Shown: positions 16,096-30,131 of the stretch, in pieces
How positions within the stretch are numbered: position 1 is the first letter of the stretch
How the letters are laid out: each line of letters starts with the position of its first letter
Source: Flaccisagitta enflata
Taxonomy: Eukaryota
Reading direction: 5' to 3'
NCBI GenBank assembly: GCA_965153355.1
Contig: OZ231126.1
Span: 19,840,001-19,904,000, forward strand
DNA length: 64,000 nucleotides
Translations under genes and position numbers: made by a program
The notes under the pieces: generated by a model
The model's database searches: none
Told to the model about the DNA's origin: nothing
The model's input: only the letters and a program-made list of their open reading frames with translations

Positions 16096-17095
16096 GTGGA
16101 GCGGCAATGCGATTCTTAGGGAAATAGCGCGTTACTGGTGAGATGTCCTTTGAACGCGTTTGAGTGCGAGTGGTCGGGAGAAAACATTACCTAGTAGACA
16201 ACGACTTTCCGCACGGACTGGTAAAATCACACAGACAGTTTCTTCCTCCATGAGAGATAAGACGAGCATTTGGCGATAAGAAACTGTATTCATCCATCGA
16301 GTAGAGAAGAAAAAAACTACTCAGTATTTACTTGGATTATTTTTGAATGATTTTGCAAGAAAACAGCAAAGTCTCTTTATCTTAGTCGAGAGGACTTTTT
16401 TTCCACAATGCTCATCCTGTCTATCTCGGTTGCGTCAAGACGCTAATTATTAACAGCTTCGATGTCTATGCTGCCATCCCCTCGGCACAATAAGATTACA
16501 ACCATTCATAACAACTCAAACAAGCCATGAAACGGCAGTTGTAACACCTAGTCAATGAACAACTAAATATCAGAAATACATAACGCATTCAACAAAATCA
16601 GAAAATATCAACAGCCAGCAAAACTTTCATTTCCACGTGGAAACGCCACACAGTCGTTCTTTTCATCTGCTTGGTTGTCGTTACCGCGTTGAAAGCTCGA
16701 GTAAATAATAAGTGAACCTGGGTGGAGGAACAATGGGTTGGACTCTCTCTCTAATTGCTCGCCTTTATTCTTTACTCTTTTCTGTGGTGACAAGGATGAT
16801 GATGAAGAAGGATGATGATGATGGTGATGGTGAGGATGATGACGATAATGAGGACCATGATGATGGAAAAGCTCAGTCTCTATCCGTACCATGATTTTTT
16901 TTCTCTTCAAGCTGGGATCTCGCCTCCTGCTGGGTGGCGAACTTAATAAACAAAATTGTAACCCGTCAGTCGTCGTCAGCGGCGGAGGCGGTAAGAAAAG
17001 AGAAGGAATTATGGAGCACCTTGACCGCGGGTCACCGGTATTTGCTCCATACACACATCCGCACCATAAAAACAATATATAAACCACTGAGGATG

Positions 17096-17150
<55 letters not shown>

Positions 17151-17315
17151 CTAACTCGGTTGTTATTTGTACTGTAACCACTGGGTTCCTGTATCTCTAT
17201 CTGTATTTTCAAAACTTCCTCCTCATTCATGCTTTCTGTCTTCATATCCTTCTTTCTGTCTTTCCGCATTTCTTCTACGTTCTGTCTTAATGTTTTCTTT
17301 CTTTCTCTCTCTTTC

Positions 17316-17395
<80 letters not shown>

Positions 17396-17407
17396 TATTT
17401 CTTAGTT

Positions 17408-17503
<96 letters not shown>

Positions 17504-20003
17504 TTCTTTCCAGCTTTACAGTCTGTCTCTATCATCTGCTAGATGATGATCACATCACGACAAAACAATGAAATCCTGACTACGACAAACACAAAATCGA
17601 CCGAAGACGATGATGATGACGATGATAACTAAAACGATGATGATGATGACGGTGATGAGGACGAAGATAAACGTTGAGCCGAAGTGTTAACGACTTTTAC
17701 TTGTCGGTGACATCCATGAGATAAAAATAATGCCGGTACTGGTATAGATGACGACGACTACGCCGATGACACCGATGACAATGTCGATGACGGTAATGGT
17801 GACGACGTTGATGACGACGGTGATGTCGCAGAAAGACGAAGGTTTGTTTGTCCATCGGCCTTATGTTGCCGTATCATACAAGGGAGACAGTTCAAACGCA
17901 TCAAATAGGTCAAACTCATTAAAGCAGCCCAAAATCAGGAGAAGGGGAAAGGGGGAAGCAAAAGATTGTGTCGTAACGATATTTACCCGAAGGTGGTGAT
18001 GACCGATGCAATGGCGATACGTGGGTTGGTGACGATGTCATCTCGTTCTCGTAGGAATATTGATGATGGCTTTGACAGTTTAATCATCTGCAATTTTCGC
18101 TCAATCTGAATTTCGAAACATCTGCTCACTCTCTGAGTTCTCAGATCAACCAATGTTTATCATTGATTTCGTTTTATTATGCAGATTCGATTGGCACCCT
18201 TTCTGTTTTCTGCGGTTATTAACTCGTCTTCTTCTTCTTCTTCTTCTTCTTCTTCTTCTTCTTCTTCTTCTTCTTCTTCTTCTTTTTCTTCTTCTTCTTC
18301 TTCTTCTCCCTCGTCCTAGTCTTTTTCTTCTTCTCGATACCAATCATTTCCATGGTCTGATTATCTGCATCTGATCTTTTGTTCTTTTTACTCACCTGGC
18401 TTAGAGCTCATGCCTTATTTGAGGTTAATTCAACCATGAATTGGTGATTCATGCATATTGATTAGGATGTCAATTATGAAGACAGCCGGAAATTACTCGG
18501 GCTGCAATTTGTGATATGCGGCGGATAAATAAGTAGGACTTTTTGCATATTGTAGTATTCTAACACTTTGTTTTATCGGATTTGGCGAGATGAAATGATG
18601 CCAATGTTGTTTTACTGAAGACCCTTATTATCATTTTTATCAGATTCACAGTCACAAAAAGGGCAGTATTTTGCAAGAAATTTAGTGTCTGACAAGTGGG
18701 AAAACCTTAACCTTTTTACATGACAACATTTCAAACAACTATATATATATTCAGAAATACCAAGTGGATTACTGCTTCCGCTGTGTAATTGCACATCATC
18801 ATACCTTCATTTATATATTTGAGCGCGGATCGGTGGCACTCCTCTGTGTTAGTTAAACGATCTGCGTCGCCAAACACGGTGCCTTGGTTATTGGGGCCCT
18901 GATGTATTTCATTAGTTCCTTGCTTAAGCTGATTTAATCCTTAGTAATGCTCCAACTGCACCTTAAGTAAAACAGGGCCATTTCACCACAAACTGAGTGT
19001 GCTATGACTTGTTATGTATTCTCAAAAGCTTCTCTCTGATGTGTACAGTTTAATGAATTATACTCCTAGCCGCCCACCGGCGCTCCTGAGCATCTGCAAC
19101 GACGTTTTCGTCATCTTTGTCATCATCTTTCACTTCTTTGTTGTCCATTACTTCATCGTCGCCTTCTTCACCGTCGTTATCGCCCTCATCGTCGCCATCG
19201 TCATCTTCGCGTTAAAACCGTTTGAACCGGCGTCTCCCTTCTCATCTGTATTTCATGTCGGCAACATTAAATCCGGCTTCCGATGCAGACGTATCTTCTC
19301 AGTGGGTGGCGCCGGTTTGCCAGAAGGCGCCGCGTTTTTCAGCGCCAACACCCGTTTTGCTTTCCTCAAAGCCACTGGCGCCTGAATTACACTTCCTTGC
19401 ACCACAGTTTCATTTCTTGACGTCACAATTCTACTTCTTGAGCGTGAGACTGCAGTTTCAGTTCATAAAGCCGCAATTTTACTAGTCTGCGCCCAAGGAA
19501 AAAAAGGAATACCATCACAAGCGCCTATCTCTCATGGGTACCTAAAAACATCGTTTCTTAAAGACTTTTTGCAAGACTCAAAATCAGGCATAGAATCAGT
19601 CAATACCGATAGCCGTGTTAGCCTAACACCTTAAAATCCAGTAGACTGCCAGCTTCTGTCTGCAAGGGCGGTCTCCACGGAAACTGTTGGAAATGGTGGT
19701 GATTAAAGTGCCGGTTATGATGAAACTGATGCCACTTTTCTTTCTCTCTCTCTCTCTCTCTCTCATTTCCGGTAACTGCGGCATTCCTGTGGCGTGAGTA
19801 ATTTTCCGGCGGCTTTAGGCGCCGAAATGATCTTTAACGCCGCGGCCACGATTCTTACAATGCGCGTGCTTGCGTGCGTGCTTGCGTGCGTGCGTGCGCA
19901 CGTGGAAATCCGTCGGCTTTTAGATTGCATGTTTAAATACAAAATGAGAATGCTCAAAAGTATATGTAAAGGTACGCATGACACAATCTTTTGTCTGTCT
20001 GTC

Positions 20004-20034
<31 letters not shown>

Positions 20035-20213
20035 GTAACACACTCTCTTTCTCACATATATACGCGCACAAATCATCTCCCTTCTCGCTTTTGCGCTTAT
20101 GGTGGTGACGATGTCTCTGTCTCTGTCTCTTTCGCGTTTTCTCCCACCGCGGGGGCCGAGCAGATGGTTTCAAGTGGCTTTCATGGCATCGCGATCAAAT
20201 CCACGGATATATA

Positions 20214-20470
<257 letters not shown>

Positions 20471-21237
20471 CAACCACAGAGACAGAGAGGGCGACGCAAA
20501 GGTTACATATTGGAAAATATGCTTACAGCTGTGACAAGTCGATTATAAATGATGATGCGCAGAAGTCGTTCTCCATTTTTTTTGAAAATGGAAATGTTTT
20601 TGTTCAAACTCTGTCCCCAACTTTTTTGGTTTTCCCATTTTTTTAATCATTCTGTCTATCTCGTCTCTATGCTGCTCTGTCTATATCTTTGTCAACCTTT
20701 GTTTGTCTCAATTTGTCAATCAGTCGCTTTGGCTATCCGTATTTCTATCCATCTTTGCATCTGCCGGTTTATGTCTGTGTCTGTCTCTCCTTATAAGTCT
20801 CTCCTTCTCTTTTCCTCCACTTCACAATTTGATTGAAATTTTTCAAAATTTCATTTCTTTTGTCTTTCTTTTTTTTTTGTCTTTGTGTGTTTCACTTTGG
20901 CTCTTGGCTTTGATTAGTTTTCAGATCGGCTGCCAAAAACCCTTCGAGACGCACGGAGACGCCTCTTAGGTGCTTCGATTCATCGTTTACTTACCAATTC
21001 TCATTGAGTTTGTAACAAATTCATATAATCCTTTGTGTAACATAATTCGTCTCCGCAGTGGTGTTCAATTGGGTCGCACGCGCATGGTGCCATGGTTTCA
21101 TCTCAAGAGTTGGTTTGGGTGATGAGCTACGATTTTCTTTCTTTATTTCTTTTTTCTCTTTTTCTTTCTTTTATGTGTGGTTTCGCTCGTGTCATTTTTC
21201 TCATTTGGCGTATATGTATCTCTCTCTCTCTCTCTCT

Positions 21238-21282
<45 letters not shown>

Positions 21283-22671
21283 AATCCTTGCCAAGTTTCT
21301 GTCTTTTATCGCGGTTAGCAATTGGTTTCATCACCGATTTTGTCGGTCCTTATTTAACGTGAGACATAAAACCTAAAAAAGCAACAAAAGGATTTTTTTG
21401 TTATGCTCTCAAATGTTGCCTTATTTTTGGGAAACGGATTATCGTTTAACTGGCAGAGAATATGGTTATGGAGGTGCTAGGCAACTAAGCTGCGAAGGAC
21501 GCCTTTGCGTGGGGCTCAAATAACCGTTCGTTTGCGGTAAAAGTTTTCGTCTCTTTCTCACGTTACTTTACTATAGACATTCTTTTTTCCCCTCCCATCG
21601 TCAAGAAGCATCAATATTTTATCAGTCCCTATTCTCCTTAACAACTTACTTTTTTGTCGCATGCACACGCGTACACGACGCTAGAAGTCATTGCGTTTAT
21701 CGTTCCTGTGCATACTTCTTGGACTTCATCTTTTTCTGTCTCTGTTCAAGTTGAGGATCTCTTCACATGTTGTTAAACGTCTCATTTGAATCTCCTCACC
21801 CTTGTCCTACTCTCTCTGCGCCCGCTCTTTGTCCTTTCTCACCCTTCACTCCGCTTTTGACCCCATCTCTGAGAGTATGGAAATTCTCCCACCTTTTCCG
21901 TCTTCTTTTCTGCAAACCTGAGTTCTTCCCGAGACTTGCATCTTTTATCATTTTTGTTGTTTATCATTTATCCATGAGGAGGCGCTCTCGGTTTTTCTCG
22001 GCCATTTTGGTGACGGCGATGGCGAACAAAATAGCATCGAGACTCCAAATTTGGCCACGTCGAGAGAGTGAGAAAAGCCATTTTTTGATTTATTCTGAAG
22101 CGAAGCGAAAGTGTCATTTTTTTCCTAACTGGAAAAGTTCTTCTGGGGAGACTTCTTGACTTTTATCCACCTCTTGGCTTCTTCTCACCTTTTTTTGTGG
22201 CGATTTGGTGGAAAGGAGAAGGATAGTTGACTGTGACATAAGTCCTGTGTCTTTTAGGTGTCCTCACCATGAACCAAATCATTCTTCAATTCATGGAAAG
22301 ACACACTGTGGTTTTGAGAATATGAATAGACATGATATGATCTCCTATTGTTGCACTGCATTCCCTATCTCCCATGTCTCAACTATGGAGCGGTTTTAGC
22401 TTGAAACTTACCCCCTCTCTCCCTGAAAAAAACAAACAAACCCTCACTTAGCTCACTATTTTCGCGCAAATTTCTTCGTTGACCTTTGCTTCTCCCTTCT
22501 GCCAAAAAATGATTCACCTTGTCTTTTATCAGCGCTTTTGTTCTTCTCTCTCTGTTTCCTATCCTTTCCCTACCGTTCTATCTCTATGACTCTGTCTCTC
22601 CACCTTTCAAACGCAATGTCTTTCGTTTCCTACGCCAAATATTGGACTCATCTCTCTTCTCTGATTCCCAG

Positions 22672-22729
<58 letters not shown>

Positions 22730-22994
22730 TGTGTATCTGTTCTGACGCGGCCATATCATTTTCCTTTTCTCCGTCTCTCGTAATCTCGAGGGTGCTTTGG
22801 GTGTCATCACATATCGACCAAAAATAAAGAAATATGGGGTTGAGTGGCCGCAGCAACGGCAACGGCTGAGAATGGCGGTCTCTCTCTCTCTCTCTCTCTG
22901 CCGGATTTTTTCCATGGAAAGCGGCGCCTCCGCCAGCAGATGAGCCCCAGGCCAGCTGACCCGGAAGCCAAGGGTTGCCAATGGCAGAGTAGGG

Positions 22995-23091
<97 letters not shown>

Positions 23092-23240
23092 CAGGCAGTT
23101 CATTCAAAATTGATCGAATGGCTCTCTGAGTGCAAATGCGTTTTGCATTGGCGGGCGCGCATTTGCATGAAAGTGCATGGGCCTTCTTCCAGTTTGTCTA
23201 CTGACGATGCACAAACTCACGTGTTGATGCGTTACCATTC

Positions 23241-23495
23241 AACAAGGCCGGATACGCGGCTGACCCTGTCGTTTATGGTAAGGAAGGGTAGTAACAGAAT
23301 TCACCTAGGCAAAAAGTGGCAATGCTCAATCATGAGCCATTGTTAAGCTCGATGATCTTTTTTGTTCATATTGGAACAAGAAAAAAAATTGTCATTACAT
23401 CAGAATTCACCAAGGCAAAAAGTGGCAATGCTTAACATCATCCTCAATCATGAGCCATTGTTAAGCTCGATGAGCTTTTATGTTCATATTGGAAC
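23241..23495 (-). mobile_element. HINE end fragment followed by a two-copy tandem duplication of about 105 bp
   Basis: aacaaggccggatacgcggc at 23241. cagaattcacc(t/a)aggcaaaaagtggcaatgct...tgttcatattggaac occurs at 23295 and 23401. Confidence 0.55.
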
Positions 23496-24276
23496 CATCT
23501 TGTACCATTTTGTACTATCCGTCACGGGTCTGTATTACAATGTTAGTCATCTCCAATTTATTAACCTCTTTTTTTCGGGTGTTTACTGTCTTTTACTGAC
23601 TCTAACAATGTATTCTGACATCAGCTGCAGCCTCACATCACCCCACCACCCGCGTCTTTCCGGAGTTTCTGCCTTGTCTCAAATTTTTTTCTCTCTTTCG
23701 CCTTTTTGTTTTTGATTTTTTTTCATGACTTTTTAGTTTTTTTTCTACTTCTTCTTCTTTTGTAATGGCTTCAGACGCAGATTGCAAAATTTGTTTCCTC
23801 AAATGGCCTTCCTAATCCAACTCCCCGTGGCGATTTACTTGCTTCTCCTTACATTTTCCAATCTCTTCTCTACATCACCACCTAACTTACTGACTTCGCT
23901 CTTTATTGGAAAAAAGGCGAATTACGTAATTCGCCTTTTTGAAACGTAGGGGAGAAATAAAGTTTTCCATTTTCGGTTTGGGGCAATTTTAGGAAGTTGA
24001 GCGGTTTTGGGGGTGGGATGATACATTTTTTGATATTCACAGCTAAGAAAGAGCTGATTTTTCTCTTTCAAATGGCGCCAACCAGAAGTCTCTACGATCA
24101 ATAGTTTAGAAGTTATGAATTTTTTAATCTTTTTTTATTATTTCACATTTTCGCGAAAATCGATATTTTTCATTGATCCCATTTTTTCGGTCTTATGTAA
24201 CATTAGGGAGGAGTAAACATGTTACGCAAATTGACCCTGACTTTTATGACGCTAGCTTTGATATTTTATTCTGCTT

Positions 24277-24900
<624 letters not shown>

Positions 24901-25151
24901 ATCGAAAGGAAAAAACGCACAGATTGAATAACAAAAACAGACAATCAATCAGACATCATGAAATGCACACACAGAAGAACAAGCACTGAAAAAAGAGACT
25001 TCCATTTACGACTTTTTTCCGGTCGGCGATTAGCCGCCTTTATTGTATCACCACCTTACCCTCTCGGGCACTTAAACTCCAGTCATTTTTGTAACACCAC
25101 CCTTGCCAGCTCATGACCTCCACTTTCTCCACTGCAATCTCATTTGATATA

Positions 25152-25327
25152 CAGTGGGACTCCGCCTCATCGGTCCCATTCAGACTAAAGATTTTTCACC
25201 TTTATCTCAGGATAACCTTTAAAGAGAGGTGAAATCACATTAAAAACTACTATTTGAGACCTCAAAATCTTGACCTTTATTGAAGGAGAACCTTTAAAAG
25301 CGGGGCTGTTATTGCGGGGTTCCACTG
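25152..25327. mobile_element. Tc1/mariner (pogo/Tigger-like) MITE, 176 bp
   Basis: TA-CAGTGGGACTCCGC ... GCGGGGTTCCACTG-TA. A related left end TA-CAGTGGAACCCCGC lies at 58420. Confidence 0.8.
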
Positions 25328-25580
25328 TATTTCATTTTCCCCTCCTGTTTTTCTTTCTTTCTTTCTTGTTTTTTTTTTTTTTTTTGTGCTTGTTGCGCCT
25401 TTTTTCTCACTCTTTATTCATTCATTCTTTGTATTTCTCTCTGTGAGTGGTTTTCATCTCTCACCTTCTCCCTTCCTGTGACTCTCAAAAAAAAATACGA
25501 ACAAGAACAACATGAATAACAAAAACAACAAGAACAAGTACAACTAGAACAACAAGAACAAGAACATCGAAATCAACATC

Positions 25581-25699
<119 letters not shown>

Positions 25700-25779
25700 A
25701 AACAACAAAAACAAAAACAAAAACAACAACAACAACACCTTTTACTGTTACTCTCTCCTTTTCTTTTCTTCCTCTTTTT

Positions 25780-25995
25780 CTCGTCACGTCACGTCCGGTT
25801 TTTCAATTTCGATCTCCATGGCAACTCCCGCCAGCATCGAGGGAACCCCCGGGGAGATCCACGCCCCCCTCCGAGGCGGCGCCCCCCCGGAACGGGAGTT
25901 AATGGCTAAAGTCTCCCACGTAGCTCCCGATAAACAATATATCGAGAAAGCAACAAACCCAACTTGTGCGGAAAATGGCGTAAAGCGCCCGGCCT
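25780..25995. promoter_or_regulatory. GC-rich candidate enhancer or alternative promoter with an RFX X-box
   Basis: ATCTCCATGGCAAC at 25812-25825 fits the X-box consensus. Nearby are GTCACGTCACGT and a COE/EBF-like CCCCCGGGGA. Motif match only. Confidence 0.3.
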
Positions 25996-26269
25996 TTCAT
26001 ACGGGAGAGAGGGAAAGAAAGAGAAGCAAAGGGAGAGAGAAACGTTGTGGAGATGAAACTTGAAACTCATCACCTTGGGTGGATTTTTGGTTCATGAGCG
26101 CATCATGATGTTGACATATGATCTCTATGGGCAAATTAATGTGTACTATTCTTTGCTTTTTATCATCAATGTTATTTGAAATGTTATTTCCCTCCTTTAA
26201 AGATGGGCAGATCAATTTGTGCAAGTTCCAGTATAAAGTTCGGACATAAAGCAAGACGTGTGTTGCATG

Positions 26270-26414
26270 TAGGGATGTGGAAGCGGTCGATTTTAGTGCC
26301 GCTTCCGCTTCCGCTTTCGCTTCCGCTTCCGCTTCCGCTTCCATTTTGTAGTTCAAATACTAGTAGCTATCCCATCCTCTAAAATGGAAGCGGTCAATCG
26401 CTTCCACATCCCTA
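26270..26414. mobile_element. hAT-type MITE, 145 bp
   Basis: Perfect 16-bp TIR TAGGGATGTGGAAGCG / CGCTTCCACATCCCTA. 8-bp TSD gttgcatg / gttgtatg (1 mismatch). Internal (GCTTCC)n. Confidence 0.85.
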
Positions 26415-26921
26415 GTTGTATGGTATGATTTTTACACGTCTTTTCAGATTTTTTCATCTCACACTACTGGAATGGAAAAGTCGATTAAAAAGAGAGAAGG
26501 AAGGAAAGGGCGGTGTGAGCAAGCAGTACAAGCAGAGCTTGGGTGCAGCAGAAATGGGGAAACAGCGTGAGGCCAAGAGCCAAGTGGTCTAGACATGTTT
26601 ATGATGATAACGAGGAATTATGACTAACTGATTATAACAGCTCAGTTGCATAGAGTTGTATCTATACCCATGAATTATCATTTCGGCATTAGTTTATTTT
26701 ACTGCTCAAACAATATACAAAATTTCAGTGTGGCCATTTTGCCACATCCGGTTGTTCAGTTGTTTAAGTATCGGTAGCAGCGAATGCAGTGCGGAAAAAT
26801 ATCCGTGGCATGGCGCTTATCTTGTTCTTATGTCGTTATTTCACTCGACGTAACTTTGTGTCTTCGTAATTTTACCACTCTGTCTTCTCATCACCATGGC
26901 GTGCAGTTCTTACATTCTTCT

Positions 26922-26968
<47 letters not shown>

Positions 26969-27068
26969 TTCTTCTTCTTCTTCTTCTTCTTCTTCTTCTT
27001 CTTCTTCTTCTTCTTCTTTAATCCCTAGCCTTCTTTTTGGTTCCTTTTACCTGTTTTCCTAAAATACT

Positions 27069-27103
<35 letters not shown>

Positions 27104-27670
27104 CTTCTTCTTCTTCTTCTTCTTCTTCTTCTTCTTCTTCTTCTTCTTCTTCTTCTTCTTCTTCTTCTTCTTGTTCTTCTTTCCTTCTTCTTCAATTCCT
27201 AGCCTTCTATTTGGTTCCTTATTCTTGTTTTCCTAAAATACTTCTTACTTCTTGAAATGATTTTTGCATATTGTAGGATCGTAGACAATTACAAAACCAA
27301 TGACTGTTAATGCACTCATACACGACGTGAGCAATATATTCTCCTTTAAATGTAATTCAACATGTGTTTTGTTCATTGTATTTGCATTTTGCATACTTTC
27401 TTACCCAATTTGTATGCTAAAATTCATCGTTCAGGGTGAAGTCACACACTGCAGTTTTATGAAAAGGTATATATTGATTAAAAACGAACTGCAAGTGTAA
27501 AGCTTTTTTAAAATCGAAGTACAACTGTTTTAGAGCGAGTTCTTGGCGCACAAATTGTGCCCAGCAACAGTTCTCGCCGTATGGCCGGTGAAAAGGCGGG
27601 TATCCCTATAGCTCCTTGTGGATGGAGAAATAGTACAAGAACCCACTGTCGAGATCGTCAATACATGGCC

Positions 27671-27739
<69 letters not shown>

Positions 27740-27771
27740 TTCTTCTTCTTCTTCTTCTTCTTCTTCTTCTT

Positions 27772-28680
27772 CATAGATCTACAAGGATCGACATCAAACA
27801 GTTACTGTACTTGCATAGAGTCTTACAAAAAGAAGATGACCAATGGATCAAAACGACACTCAAAACTGTAAACGATTACAACATCGGATGGGCCAAAAAT
27901 ATAAATGAGCTCCTGGAAAATTGGGATCTTGAACAAGATTGGGCCGCCATACAACAGAAACCATTTATGCTGTGGAAAAAAGAAGTTTCAGAAGCAGCAG
28001 AGAGACAGCACAAAAACCGACTCACGGAGGAATGTGAGACGAAAAGCCGGGGAGAAACAAAGCAGAAGACAAAAACAAAGTTTGTGACTGAGAAGGTCCA
28101 AAAATCTCATTATTCAAAAAAAGTCGATGACTTTATCACGCGCCATCCAAAACGTGCGACCGCAAGGGCTTTGATCATGGGAAGATACCATATGCTTAAG
28201 TGCGCGAATAACTTTTCAACAGGGTTTAAAACGAGAGAGTGCGATGTGTGCCATGTATTAGATGATGAAGACCATAGAATTAATGTATGTGAAAAGTGGC
28301 GGCGGACAAATCTTTGTGATAAAGAGGAAAACATTTCTTTTAGTGACATATTTTCAGATGATGATGAGAAAATAGATTCTGTAATTCGGGTGATTTTAAG
28401 CGTGTGGGATCTGGAAAATGGGAAGAATGAGATGCGGTAGTGGCTTGTAATATGACAAATGGGTAATGTTTGCGCCGGGAGTTATCTGTGATTATCAACG
28501 ATGTTTTTCCTTATGGTGGACTGATTGTTGTAGGAAACTTAGTCTTGATGTAGTTCTTTAACTTAGTCTTGATGTAGTTCTTTAACTTATTAACTAAATT
28601 GTGACTTAGGTCATGTCCTCGTCTCTGTACATGAGTGTTATCGCTCATTTGGACAATACATCAAATTCAAATTCAAATTC
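27772..28680 (+). mobile_element. 5'-truncated non-LTR retrotransposon (LINE): C-terminal part of ORF2, 3' UTR and tail
   Basis: Complex open frame from about 27772 to the stop at 28440 with a CX2CX7HX4C knuckle (CDVCHVLDDEDHRINVC), typical of LINE ORF2 C-termini. The 3' UTR has a stem-loop (atgagtgttatcgctcat) and a (TTCAAA)n-type tail ending at 28680. No RT core is present. Flanked on both sides by (TTC)n. Confidence 0.8.
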
Positions 28681-28720
28681 TCCTTCTTCTTCTTCTTCTT
28701 CTTTTTCTTCTTCTTCCTCT

Positions 28721-28752
<32 letters not shown>

Positions 28753-29486
28753 TTCTTCTTCTTCTTCTTCTTCTTCTTCTTCTTCTTCTTCTTCTTCTTC
28801 TTCTTCTTCTTCTTCTTCTTCTTCTTCTTCTTCTTCTTCTTCTTCTTCTTCTTCTCCTTCTTCTTCTTCTTCTTCTTCTTCTTCTTCTTCTTCTTCTTCT
28901 TCTTCTTTTTCTTTTTCTTCTTCTTCTCCATCGACAACACTACTCTTCCAGTTCACTATTCCTTTTCCTTTGCGGTCTCCTGTATTTTTCCTACGTTGCC
29001 ATCGAGTCCCAAGCGGCCTTCGTCAGGTCGACGTTCTCTCTTGCGATTAATTTTCAATAAATGTTTTATAGCGAAAGTGGAATTTCTCTTGATCTGTTTA
29101 CGACTTGGTGAGGAACAGATAGATAGAGCGAGAGAGACTGAGAAAGAAAGGGAACGTGAATTTTACACAGCATACTGTCAGAATGAACTTTTGTTACACA
29201 AACCGACCAGCAACTTTGCTCGTCTGTGTTTGAGTATTGGGAGAAAAAAAAATTCGTTCAGCCATGCAAAACGAAAATGAAAAAAATTGTGAAGATATGA
29301 AATCGCATAAAACAAAACTATTGACTACATCCAAAGGCCTCCAGAGGTTGGATTACTCTATCCTCTATACTCGCATTTGTCTCTCTGTTCACTTTTTCGG
29401 GAGGGAAAATGAAAGAGAAAAAAAATTACAGAATTTGAAATTGTATCCCTTTAAAAATATACAGCGGAGCATACGGGTTAAAAGGG

Positions 29487-29582
<96 letters not shown>

Positions 29583-30034
29583 ATGACTGAGTAAAAGATA
29601 CAGTATGTAGACAGGGACTATTCCTACTGAATACTTCTTAACCAATCATGTACATCCATGCATGTTTTTTCCACCAAATATGAGTGCATTTCAGTCTCTC
29701 CCTCTCTCTCCCAAAATGGTTTGTCTCCCCTGTTTTCCAATTTAACCTCCCCCCTCCAGTCGGATCCCCATGGGGCCTCCGCTAGCTTTTGGACTGGGGA
29801 CTCCTGCTGGATAAAAACCTCTTTTCTGCCTTTTCCAATTTCTATAAAATTCTATTAGAGAACCGCGACCAGGAGGGAGGGACTGAAATAAAGAGAGAGA
29901 AAAAAAAGAAGAAAAGAAAAAAAAAAAGGAAAAAAGAAACGTAAAGAAACAATTGATGCGTCATCTTTGGCGTAGATCAGTCGCAGAGTTTTTTGAAGAG
30001 TTCTTGAGTTGACCTCGCCTTGATTTGCAATTTC

Positions 30035-30131
30035 AAATCAACGCATTACGGACATGGAGATGGGCATACGGATAGACGGACGGATGGACATACCATACCT
30101 TTTCATTTGGATGCAAGGACGCATAACAAAA
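30035..30131 (-). mobile_element. Degenerate HINE fragment
   Basis: (gacg/ggac)n core followed by a gatgcaaggacgcat hairpin and an A-run, matching the family's terminal pattern. Confidence 0.4.

Noticed and set aside
25818..26063. 81-aa ATG ORF in a GC-rich patch
   Set aside because: No recognisable homology or convincing donor site; the ATG is the centre of the X-box-like motif.
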